Assembly (NCBI GenBank): GCA_004431415.1
Contig: QPMI01000452.1
Coordinates: 248,001-312,000, forward strand
DNA length: 64,000 nt
Direction: 5' to 3'
Source: Cyanophora paradoxa CCMP329
Lineage: Eukaryota > Plantae > Glaucophyta
Shown here: positions 49,027 to 60,370 of the stretch, piece by piece
Position numbering within the stretch: position 1 is the first letter of the stretch
Layout of the letters: every line of letters begins with the position of its first letter
Translations under genes and position numbers: made by a program
The notes under the pieces: model-generated
Told to the model about the DNA's origin: nothing
The model's database searches: none
The model's input: the letters and a program-made list of their open reading frames with translations, nothing else

Positions 49027-49340
49027 CCTAAGTTGATGCACTGCTGCGAACGAAGCGCCAGGGTACGAGTACCGTATACGTACGACCCCATGCATATGCA
49101 TGCATATATATGGCCCAGGATCCGATCCGGAGGTCTCCAGATCCGAGGCTCAAGATCTAGAGGTAACGTTAACGTAAGGCGCCGGCGCAAGCTTAAGCAC
49201 ATCATGGCATATGCATGTTATTACGTATACCAGCGCCCACCCCCCAATTGCAAGCCACTGCCCAACAAGGAGCTCGAGAGCATATATATGCATATGCATC
49301 TACCTGACAAGCTTAAGTACACTCGCAATACACTGCAAGC

Positions 49341-50720
49341 TTAAGCGGAGCCGCGCGCCGCCCGCCGAAGACGGGGCGCTGCGGGAGGCATCCAGGCACC
49401 AGACGAGGGTGGAGAGGTCCGGGCGGGGGCCCGGGGGCCGCCGGGGCCGGGGGGCCAGAGGGGCGGGGGGCGAACAGGGCGGCCCCCTCTCGAGCTCCAG
49501 GGGGGGATCCCGGGAGATAAGGGTTTAGGCCCTTTGGGGGTGGCGGTCACTGAGGACGTCGACGCTGCGTGAGGGGGTACGGTACTGCCACCCCTGCGGG
49601 TCCGCCTCTGCGGAGCGTCAGGCGGCACATGTACAGGATCGCAGGCCGGGGTACGGCACCGAGGAGGGCGCGGAGGGCGGCGAGGGACGCGGCGAGGTGC
49701 TTCTGCTCGCGCGCGGCGCGGGCCGGGCGGCGGCGCCGCCGGCGGGCGAGATCTAGAGGAGGCCCGCGCGGCGCCCCGAGGGGGCGCTGTGCTCCCGCTG
49801 GGCGCCGGCCCACGCCGGCCCGGGGGTGCCCGGCCCGAGGAGCACGACGGCCAGCGCCCAGGCGCTCCGCGGCGGCCTCTGCTGCGGTTCCTCGGAGGCC
49901 TGCGGAGGCGGCGTCTCCGGGGGCGCGGGCGGGGCCGGGGCGGGGGCCTCCGCCCGCGGGGGGCCGTACCGCGCGTTGTGCGCGGCGGGGGAGGGCGGCC
50001 CCGAGAAGAGCCGGATGGGGCCCAGCGGGCCCTTCCGAGGCTTCGCACCCCCGACGGAGATGGGAGCGAGAAGGTCGGCCGCGGACGAGAGGCTGTTCGG
50101 CGCGGAGCTAGCGCTCCTCCCCCCTCCTGGGTACGTGAGTAGGAAGAGCACGTGCGCCCGCACGTTCCCGCTGCTGCCGGCTGTCAGAAGGCGTGCCCCT
50201 GGAAGTGCGAAGGGGGGTACCGGATGGAGAGGGCGGATAGGAGAGGGCGGACAGGGCGTCGGCGAGGCAGGCGTCGAGGTCGGCGGGGGGTACAGACGGT
50301 CCGGGAGGAGGGCGGCCCGCCGGTGGGGGCGTACCGGGGGGGGGGGGGAGAGCAGCGGGCGCTGGAGGACGAGGAGGCGGGGGAGGGGGTACCGGTGCTG
50401 CTGCTCGTGAGAAAGAGGCGGCGGGCGTGCGGCGCGCCGGGCTCCAGCGCGACGGGTACCGGCGCCGCGCCGTTGAGGAGCTCATGATCAAGCGTCTCGT
50501 CGCCGTCTGTCGCGCGTCACTCGGATCATCGGATCGAATTCGGCGATGCGGGCGGCGCAGCTGCAGCTCCGAGTGCGACGCGAGGAGCGCTTTGGCGACC
50601 TTTCGCAGCGCGGGTTCCCGTAGCGGCGGCGCGGCCCTGCCGCGGGGTCAGTGAGGCTTCTTCTCGAAGCACGTCGCTCGGGCCTGCACGCACGGCTGGC
50701 GCCTCAGGGCTGGCGACATA
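49341..50720 (-). CDS. Hypothetical multi-exon protein
   Basis: Coding-like segments (LRKVAKALLASHSELQL; DLDACLADALSALSY; AREQKHLAASLAALRALL). No family recognised. Confidence 0.3.
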
Positions 50721-51150
50721 GATGTCGAGGGTCGGACCATGGCCATCGAGCCGAGGAGCCACTCGCGCGAGTTGCCCAGCGAAGGAATGAACACCGCTGC
50801 GAGGGCTCCTGGATGCACCTGTAGATTGAAGGTGCGCAGTGAAGATCTAGGAGGCGCGGGGCCAGGGCCTGCCGGGTCGCCCGATCGAGCCCCTGGCCCG
50901 TCGCTGTCGGAGCCGGGCGACGACCGGCTTGACGCGATGGCAGCCAGCGAACGCTTGGCCTGCAGGCGACCCCCCCCGACCCCCGCACTCCGCTCCCCCC
51001 GAGGGCGTGTCTCCGGTTCAGATCAGCTTTCGTGTTCATTGTATACATACTCCATGCCGCAGATCTACGACGGAGCAGGCCCGAGGGTTCAGGCGAACGG
51101 ATGACTCAGCTCCAGTCCTGATGAAGGACGATCAGCGTAATACCGGTACA

Positions 51151-51681
51151 CTACGGAAGCGATTGGCCTCTGCACCTACCTGAATGGCGGTTGCCGAAGA
51201 GGATCTGCACGGCTTGAGCGAAGAGCACGGCGGCCGCGCCACGAACCACCCACTTTCCGGCATCACTGATGACAGCGATGCCGCCCGCGTAAGCCTGGCT
51301 GACGGCAGCGATGCCGCCCGCGACGGCAGTGATGCCGCCCGCGGAAGCCTGGCTGACGGCAGTGATGCCGCCCGCGGAAGCCTGGCTGACGGCAGTGATG
51401 CCGCCCGCGTAAGCCTGGCTGACGGCAGCGATGCCGCCCGCGACGGCAGTGATGCCGCCCGCGGAAGCCTGGCTGACGGCGGCGATGCCCTCCGCGGATG
51501 CGTCAAGCACCCGCGTGCTGGCGTCGAGCGCCCGCGCTCCGACGTTCAGCATCTCTGTGCTGGCGTCGAGCGCCCGCGCTCCGGCGTTCAGCACCTCCGT
51601 GCTGGCGTCGAGCGCCCGCGTGCCGGCCTGAATAAGCCGAGCTCCGTCATCATGACAATCTCTTGAGAAGCACGAGCCCAT
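51151..51681 (-). CDS. Acylated (MGSCFS) amphipathic-repeat protein with C-terminal hydrophobic helix
   Basis: ATG at 51681. 14-aa repeats (GARALDASTEVLNA), 11/7-aa repeats (SQASAGGITAV), and hydrophobic VVRGAAAVLFAQAVQILF. Confidence 0.55.
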   Translation of the reverse strand: MGSCFSRDCHDDGARLIQAGTRALDASTEVLNAGARALDASTEMLNVGARALDASTRVLDASAEGIAAVSQASAGGITAVAGGIAAVSQAYAGGITAVSQASAGGITAVSQASAGGITAVAGGIAAVSQAYAGGIAVISDAGKWVVRGAAAVLFAQAVQILFGNRHSGRCRGQSLP

Positions 51682-54227
51682 CCCGGAAGGACCTGGCGTG
51701 AGCTTCTGCATGCCGACGCTGCAATCAGTAACCGCGCGACAGACTGGAGGATCAGGGCCCAACTCACAGCGATTCATGGACAGAAGGAAGGGACGAAAGA
51801 GGTCTGCTCCGCAGTCAGGAAGAGCAGGCAAGGAAGCAGGCCGCAGGGAGGCACGCACAGGCCGGGGGCGGTGCCAGAGAGATCAGAAATCGAAAACAGG
51901 GCTACGACGGACCTGCTAACACGAGCTCATGAAAAGTGTCGTCCCCAGCAGCCAAAGGCGTATGCTTTCCGAGTCCTTCACTTTGCTCTTGTTGCTCCAT
52001 CTCGTTTTTGGACACTGCAGGTGGGTAAATCAACAATGCTGCTGGGCTGCTGCGCCGTTCGGGGCTGCGTTCGTCAGGAAGTCGCTCAGAAGTTTTCGAG
52101 GGGGGTACAGGAGGGTCGGCCTGTCCAGCCCCGAGCCGGCACGCCTATACATACGTACGCGCGGCGCCGGCACTGCGGCAGTCTAGGTCGAGGGGGCCGG
52201 GCGCGCGGCAGTCGATGTTGCAGCCCGGCCCGCTAGGGCGACGGCCCGGCGGCCTCGCCCACACCGCGAACTTCGGAACCACTGGGCCACGATCAATCGG
52301 CCTTGCCAAACTTTGGCAAGGCCGATTGATCGTGGCCCAGTGCTCGCCGCCGGAGCCGCCGGCGCCGCCCTCCGCGCCCGCGACGGCGCCGCGCGCGGCG
52401 CCGGCCCCGGCGAGCCCCTTCCGCGCGGGTCGGCCCCCGCGCCGCCCCCGCCGGCGCTGACGCTCACGGGGCGGGGCGGGGCGGGGCGGCAGAGTCGCAG
52501 GCGGTGTCGGAGTCGATCGGCCCGGGGATCGGGCTGCTGCGGACGATGCGGCTGCGCGCGCGGCGGCGCCGGCTCGCCGCACGCCGACGGCGCCCTGTAC
52601 CGCGCGCCTCGCACAGCTTCGGCAGCGCCGTGGAGCACATCCAGCCACTAGACCGGCTTCGACCGGGCGCCCAGCCACTAGAGCGCTAGTCCCAGCAACT
52701 AGACCGGCTTCGACCGGGCGCCGCCACGTGCACCCGCCTTGCCCGCCGCTGGCCGCTGAGCGCTTTGGGCGCAGTGGTGAAGCCGCGGCAGTCGCTGGAC
52801 GTTGGCGGCCTCGTCCGCACGCGCACCCGCCGCCTCGCTGACCTGGACCCCGTCAAGGCCCGGCGCGCTCGCCCGCCCGCCCACTCGGCACCGCGCGGGG
52901 ATCGCTGAGGCGGGGCGCGCGGGGCGGGCAGGCCGCGCGCGCCCCATCCGCAAGATCATAGACGACTTCTCCGAAATGTGGCGCCTCGCTCGCATGGGTG
53001 CGGCCCCTCCCCGTACCCCGTGACCGCTGGTACCCCGCACAGACGAGACGGTGAGGGCGCGCTCGGGGTTCGTGCCCCACGAGGAGCTCCGCGAGGCGAG
53101 CCCTTGTACCCCTTTCGGGGCAACGAGCGGCCAGTCCATATCCTCCCATTCCCTTTCCCCTATTCTCCCATCTTCCGAGACCTGAAGCGGCCCGGCGAGT
53201 GGCGCCCCGCCTCCGCCCGGCCCCGCCGCGCCAGCCTGGCAGGCCTGCAGAGCGCGGCCAGACCAGGGCGGCCGCCCCGGTGCGGTCCTCCCAGCGCTGG
53301 CCATGGCGGCCCTGCAGCTGCGGCACGCCCTCAGCCGGCGTGGCAGCCCCCGGTCGACATGGATCGAATTCGGCAGTACCAGTACGGCAGCGGCATGCCA
53401 TGGCCATGATTCCGAATGGTAGATAGCTTAGGCCTTTTCCTCATGTTATACAACTGCTGAACGCTAGAGATTGAACCTAGCAGCTGCACTAGAACTAAAC
53501 GGGAATGAGAAATCGAAGCGAGAAGCGATGCTCTGAGACGCGACTTAGCTCACTGCACTGCTAGGGGACCCGGGAGCCTAGAAAGTGTCAAGGCACAGGC
53601 CTGTCTTGTGCGAGCGGAGCGCCGGCGCCGGCATTGGCATCCTCTGGAAGAGGCTGATTCTCAAGACCGCCGGTCTCTAGATCTGGAGGATCTGGTGCTG
53701 CTTCAGGATGCGCATGCAAGCCCACACCGGCCGCTTCATCAGGCAAGACTTGCTGGGGCGGGAGTGGCTGGCGGAGAGGGGATGGCTGATGTTCAGAAGA
53801 GCCGGCTGAGGCGGGTCGGTCAGGCGAGTCCGTCAGGACAACAGAGGGGGTGGGAGGCGTCGGGGCCGTCGGAGGAGTCGACCCCAACGAGAGGTGCTCC
53901 CCGGCGCCGTTCACTTCATGCTCGACTCCGTCGCCGCCGCCGCCGCCTTCAGGCCCCGGCGCGTGCACGCCACGCGCCTCAAGTCCCTCCCACTGGTGCC
54001 CGTGAGCACAATTCTTTGTTGGGCCGCAGACAGCACCTGCGCGACAGCTTGACGACCTGCAACGGGTTCAGGAACAAGACAATATACTTCATACGCTTGC
54101 AATATACTTCATACGCTTATAATTAGATGGATTGCGCACCAAGAGCTCCCGCTCTGCCCGCCGCTGCCGCTGCTGCAGTCGCCGCTGCCGCCTCCTCCCG
54201 CGCTCGCTGCGCATCCTCTGCGGCGCA

Positions 54228-54710
54228 ATCAGAGCGCGAACGCAAACAGCAACGTCCTTAAGCAGCGCGCCTTCGGATGTGAGCGCGCGCTGTTCGGCTC
54301 GCCGCGCCTCCTCCCGTGCTCGCCGATTATCCTCTGTCGCACCATCAGAGCGCGAACGCAAACAGCAACGGGAAAATAAGCAGCGCGCCTTCGGATGTGA
54401 GCGCGCGCTGTTCGGCTAGCCGCGCCTCCTCCTGTGCTCGCCGGATTTCCTCTGTCGCATCGATATCATCAGAGCGCGAACGCAAACAGCAACGGGAAAA
54501 TAAGCAGCGCGCCTTCGGATGCGAGCGCGCGCTGTTCGGCTCGCCGCGCCTCCTCCCGTGCTCGCCGATTATCATCTGTCGCACCATCAGAGCGCGAACG
54601 CAAACAGCAACGGGTAAATAAGCAGCGCGCCTTCAGATGCAAGCGCGCGCTGTTCGGCTCGCCGCGCCTCCTCCTGTGCTCGCCGGATTTCCTCTGTCGC
54701 ATCATCAGAG
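54228..54710 (-). repeat. ~117-123 bp tandem repeat (about 4 copies), probable exon+intron unit
   Basis: atcagagcgcgaacgcaaacagcaacg... at ~54228, 54345, 54468 and 54586; duplicated at 61502-61985. Confidence 0.9.
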
Positions 54711-57254
54711 CAAGAAGGTTGGAGCGCGTGCGGGCGCGCATGCGTGCGAACCTACAGCGATAAAGCAAGCCTACTGTGAAGTCAGAACAAGCATGCAGGA
54801 AGGCAGGGGCGGTCGCACCACACGATCTATAGCTTGTGAATTTGGCACTTCAACTGGATTCGGGAAGAGAAACCAGAACTCGTCGGCGAGCGACATCTAA
54901 GCTGGACGATGCCGCCGAGCGCTTCCGAGTCTTCGAAGAAGCGCGTTTGGCACTCCTCGATGCTTTGTCCGCAACCCGGGCGACCCCCAAACAGCCTTGC
55001 AGCCGTAAAGAGACTTCAAACAGTTGGCTGGGGGGGTACACAAGATCCTTACGGATGTGCCCCTGATCCGCCTGCGCGATCTCCGCACCCGGCCACTCCG
55101 TCGCCTGTGTGCCTTGAAATGACGGGACGGGCAGCGTGCGAGCTCAATCGAGGACACCCGCAAGCGGCGGGGCCCTCGGAGGGGTCCCCGGGCCCCGCCC
55201 GCGCTGAGTGCGCGAGCGCTGCTTCTTGTAGACGTCCCCGAAGCGCCCAGCCCGCGCGTAGCTAAGCGGCCACTTCGGCAGGTTGGAGGCGCGGCGTTGG
55301 AGATGGCTTCTAGGAGACCGCTCCCGCCGACGACGCTGCGGCGTCGATCACCGTCGCAACGTCGAGCGCGGGCCCCTCCCACGACCGCGCGAGCTCCGCC
55401 GCCGCCGCGGCCGCCGCGCCGACGGCCTCCGGCTCTACCCTCCCGCCCGCCTCCTCCCACTCGCCGCCGGAGCCGCCGGCGCCGCCCTCCGCGCCCGCGA
55501 CGGTCCGGAAGAGCCCCTTCCGCGCGGTGGCGGTCCCCGCGCCGCCCCCGCCGGCGCTGACGCTCACGGGGCGGCATGGGGCGGGGCGGCAGAGTCGCAG
55601 GCGGTGTCGGAGTCGATCGGTCTGCTGCGGACGATGCGGCTGTACGGCGGTGCCGGCCCGCCGCACGCCGACGGCGCCCTGTACCGCGCGCCTCGCACAG
55701 CTTCGGCAGTGCAGTTGAGCACATCCGCCGCGGCCGCCCCTTCTGGGACCCCGGTCCGTGCAATCAAAGGCTTAGGCGCCGGTCTCAGACGCTGGACCGG
55801 TGCAGACGCCCGTCCCAGACGCCCGCCGCTGCCCGCCGCCCGCCCTGCCCGCCGCCGGAAGCTGAGCGCTTTGGGCGCAGCCTGGCAGCGGTGAAGCCGC
55901 GGCAGTCGCTGGACTTTGGCGGGCTCGTCCGCACGCGCACCCGCCGCCTCGCCGACCTGGACCCCGTCAAGTCTCGGTGCACTCGCCCGCCCGCCCGCTC
56001 GGCACCGCACGGGGATCGCTGAGACGGGGCGCGCGGGGCGGGCAGGCCGCGCCCCATCCGCAAGATCATAGACGACTTTCCCGAAATGTGGCGCCTCGCT
56101 CGCATGGGTGCGGCCCCTCCCCGCACCCCGAGACCGCCTCCAACGACGTACCCCCGCAGACGAGACGGTACGGACCCGCTCCGGGTACGTGCCCCACGAG
56201 GAGCTCAACGAGGCGAGCGCCCGTACCCCTTTTCAGCTCCATCCCCGTTCCTGATGCCTGTACCCCTGCTCGCCCTCCGGCGCAGCTGCGAGGCATGTTC
56301 CACAAAGAGTCCGTACCCCTTTCTTCCCAATTCTCGTATCCCCCGGCCCCTCACCCATACCCCCCAGGTAACATCTTCCGCTTCTACGCGCGCCTCGAGG
56401 GCGCCAAGGTGCGTGTTTCCTTTCCCTCCTTCCTTTGCTTTCCCCCACCCTGACCCCCGCACCCCTGACCCGGCCGGCGGGGGTACAGGTAATGGCGAGC
56501 GATCGATCGCCGTGCGGGTGCGGCGCGTCTACGGGTAAGAGATGTACACCGTCAACAAGTGGGGTACTGCGTTTTCTACTTCAGCAAGAGCGGGATAGCT
56601 TGGGCCTTCATGTCGACGTCGACGGGTTGTGCGAGCGGGCCCGTATCCTATCCTATACTATCCTCTATTCCCCTTTCTCCTCCCCCCCAAAACCCCCCCC
56701 CTCTCCACCCCCCCGTTCGGCCCCCCCTCTTTCTAGATCTAGAAGGGGTCCGCTGGGGTAGGGCGAAGCGCCGGGCTCCGAGGCTCCCGAAGGAGCGATC
56801 CCTTCGGGGCCGACCCCCCCCCCCCCCCCCCTCCACCCCCCCCTCCCTTCCTTCGGACGCCTTTCCGAAGTTCAGTCCCTCGTGTCTCCGGCGAGGACTT
56901 CCCTTCGGGGCGGGAGGGCCTTCGGGGCCGGGACGGCCCTTCGTGGCGCCCCGATCGTAACCCTTAATGCTCTCAATTAATATTGTAACAGCTTTTAGTA
57001 TTGGCTCTTCATTATAACAGCTTGCAATTGAACTCGACCTCTGAACATTGAAATCAAACTACTCGAACTTGAACTGCAGACGTACTTGCGCAGTATACGT
57101 AGACATGAGGTTGGAAAGAGTGGCGGCGGCGGGCTGGGACCACTAGCCATCGCTGATCTAGCCTGCAGCAAGGAGCTCAGCACGCAGCCGGCGCGAGGAT
57201 GCGCGTAGCTATAGGGGTGGGGCTAAGAATGAAGGCTGCATGCGCAGCACAGAT

Positions 57255-58485
57255 CTAGCTATAGAGAGAAACGGTCGGCGCGAGGGTGCGCGCACACGGC
57301 TGAGCCCGTAAACAGAACCGGAGCTGCGACTCGCGGCGCCGCGCAGCAAAGAGTTTGGAGCTGCGACGCGTGGCGCCGCCGCCAGGATCCGCAGAAGCGA
57401 TCCGCAGCTCCTCCACGCGCGCCAAGGCCGCCTTCAGCCGCTCGGCCGCCGCCGCGAGCTCCGCCTCGCCCCAGGGCCGGCCGCCGGGCGCGCCACCGGC
57501 GCTGCCGCCCTCGTACAGCGCCAGCCGCTCGTCGGCCCGGAGACGCGCGGCCTCCGCCTCCGCCAGCCGCCCACGGAGTCCCGCCGCCTCCGCCGCCGCC
57601 CGCCGCTCGCGCTGCGCCGCCGCCTCGAGCTCCGCCCGCGCCTCCGCCCGCTCCGCCGCGAGGGCCTCCGCCCTCGCCGAGGCGAGGGCGGCGGCCCGCG
57701 CCTCCTCCCGCAGGCGCACGGCCGCCGCCTCCAGCTGCCCCGCCACCGCCTTCAGGGGCCGGGAGCGTCCGCGGCGCCTTCCGCTGCGGCCCGCGTCGGG
57801 ATGGCGGGTGGAGTGAAGGGGGGGAGGACCTGGGCCGGAGGGCGAAGGCGGCAGGGGGTGCGGGACGGGCGGGCGGCGGGGGTTGCGGGGCGGGCTGCGG
57901 TGGGCAGTGAGGGGCGGCGCGCGGGGGCGGCGCGCACGGCGGAGCGCACCGCGGGGGCGGGGACGGGAAGGGAGCGGAGGTAGGGCACGACGGTGGCGCA
58001 CTGGGCTTCCCCAGCAGAGTCGCCGACATTGGAGTTGTTGTTGACGGCGCGCCGGCCGGACTCCGGCAACGAGAGCACGACGGGGTTGCCGTTGATCCAC
58101 AACTCCTTCAGGGCGGCGAGGCGGCCGATCTCGGGTGGCAGTGACGTAAGCTGGTTGCCTCGCACGCCCAGGGACTGCAGGGCGGCGAGGCGGCCGATCT
58201 CCGGCGGCAGCGCCGTCAGCTGGTTGTCACTCACGATCAGCTTCTGCAGGGCGACGAGGAGGCCGATCTCGGACGGCAACGCCGAAAGCCGGTTGTCCTG
58301 CAACCAAAGCCTCTCCTTCGCTTGGCGAGCTCGGCGCCCGGGATACGCAAGAGCCTGTTCCCGTCGAGGTTGAGCACGCGGATGTTCTCCGGTCCCGCTT
58401 GCGCGATCTCCGCCGCCGGCCACTCCGTTCGCCACGCGCACGTCAGGTCCAGCTTCCCCTCTGCCTGGATCCAGCCCCTGCCCAT
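57255..58485 (-). pseudogene. LRR + coiled-coil paralog of the 23774 gene, frameshifted in the first LRR
   Basis: MGRGWIQAEGKLDL...EWPAAEIA..GP.NIR.LNL..N.L.RIPGAELAK is near-identical to 23774. Net 7-nt deletion at ~58320. C-terminal A/E/R coil instead of SAM-TIR. Confidence 0.75.
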
Positions 58486-59136
58486 GCCTGCGAGACGGTC
58501 AGCGGCAGAAGGGCGCCGCGGGGAGCGCGCGCCCTCGCCACCGCCACCGCGGGGCCCAGGGCGGAATCAATCAGGGGCCCCTGGCGCTGGCGGCTCGAAG
58601 CAAGCGCTGGCTGCTCGGCGCAAGGATCTGTTCGAGCGAGCTAGTGGGTCGAGCGAGCGAGCCTCCGCACCTGCTACGACCAAAACCGAAGCTGCGAACG
58701 AAGCGCCAGGGTACAGTCATTTACTAACGCTGCATCAACTTTCACGCGGAGCACCGGCGGCAGGAGATCGTCATCCCAGCAATAGAGGCCACTTGCTTGA
58801 ATTGAGCAAAGCCAGCCCGACCTGCAAATCAGAGGCTGCGGTAGCGGCTCAACGCTCATCGAAATTGCGGGCGGAGCGAGTACGCGCGTGTGTGGTGTAT
58901 ACACGCCCGACGGAGTGATCTCGGAAGTTTGAGATTTCATGGCCGCCTGCTTGCATGCGACGTGACGGGACAGCTTGCGAGCCTAATCGAGGACGCCCGC
59001 AACCGGCCCTCTGAGCAGGAGACCCCGCTTGCGTAGTGAGTGCGCTGCTTCTTGTAGGCGTCTCTGAAGCGTCCAGTCCGCGCGCAGCTAAGCCGCCGCT
59101 CCTCTACTGCAGCAGGTCGGCGGCGCGGCGTTGGCG

Positions 59137-60370
59137 ATGGCATCTGAGGAGGCCGCCCCCGCCGACGGCGCGGCGGCGTCGACCGACGTTGCCCCGTCGA
59201 GCGCGGGCCCCTCCCACGACCGCGGCCGCGCGAGCACCGCCAGCACCGCGGCCGCCGCGCCAACGGCCGCCGCCTCTCCCAACCCGCCCTCCCCCTCCCA
59301 CCCGCCGCCGGAGCCGCCGGCGCCGCCCTCCGCGCCCGCGACGGCCCCAGGGAGCCCCTTTCGCGCGGGGGCGGCCCCCGCGCCTCCCGCGCCGGCGCTG
59401 ACGCTCACGCGCGCGGCGGAGGCGCCGGGGCCGCCGGGGCCGCCGCCGCCCCTCTCGCTGCCGGCCTTCCCGGCGGACTTTCGCGCGGCGACCGCACCGG
59501 CGCAGCTCAGCCGCCGCAGCTCCCGTGCGCCCCCGCGCCGCCCCGCCCCGCCCCGCCTCGGCGCTCCGGCAGCCAGCGGGCCCGGCCGGGGCCTCACCTC
59601 ACAGGGCGGGGCGGGGCGGCAGAGTCGCAGGCGGTGTCGGAGTCGATCGGGCTGCTGCGGACGATGCGGCTGCGTGGCGGCGCCGGCTCGCCGCACGCCG
59701 ACGGCGCCCTGTACCTGCGCCACGGCGAAATGGCCCTCAACAAGCGCATGTGGAAGGTCCGCGCCGGGCGCGCCCCGCGCCGCCCCCTCCCCGCTCCGCT
59801 CTGATCGCCGTGGCGCAGGATGGGGCGGAGCAGCTGCTGGTGTGCCTGGCGTACAACGACGGCGACCCGCGCGCCTCGCACAGCTTCGGCAGTGCCGTGG
59901 AGCACATCCGCCGTGACCGCCCCTTCTGGGATCCCGGTCCGCCAGTCCCAGCCACTGGACCGGCGCCGATCGGGCGCCGCCGCCCGCCGGGCCCGCCGGC
60001 GGCCGCTGAGCGCTTTCGGCGCAGTGGTGAAGCCGCGGCAGTCGCTGGACGTTGGCGGGCTCGTCCGCACGCGCACCCGCCGCCTCGCCGACCTGGATCC
60101 CGTCAAGGCCCGGCGCGGCTGTCTGCCCGCCCGCCCGGCACCGCGCGGGGATCGCTGAGGCGGGGCGCGCGGGGCGGGCAGGCCGCGCGCGCCCCATCCG
60201 CAAGATCATAGACGACTTTCCTGAAACGCGGCACCTAGCTCACATGGGTTCGGCCCCTCCCCGTACTCCGTGACCGCTGGTACCCCGCACAGACGAGACG
60301 GTGAGGGCGCGCTCGGGGTTCGTGCCCCACGAGGAGCTCCGCGAGGCGAGCCCTTGTACCCCTTTCGGGG
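59137..60370 (+). CDS. Member of a 4-copy orphan multi-exon gene family (other copies ~52340-53110, ~55304-56560, ~62578-64000)
   Basis: Shared exons ESQAVSESIGLLRTMRL, VVKPRQSLD.GGLVRTRTRRLADLDPVK, PIRKIIDDF. The other three copies share an internal deletion. Confidence 0.45.
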
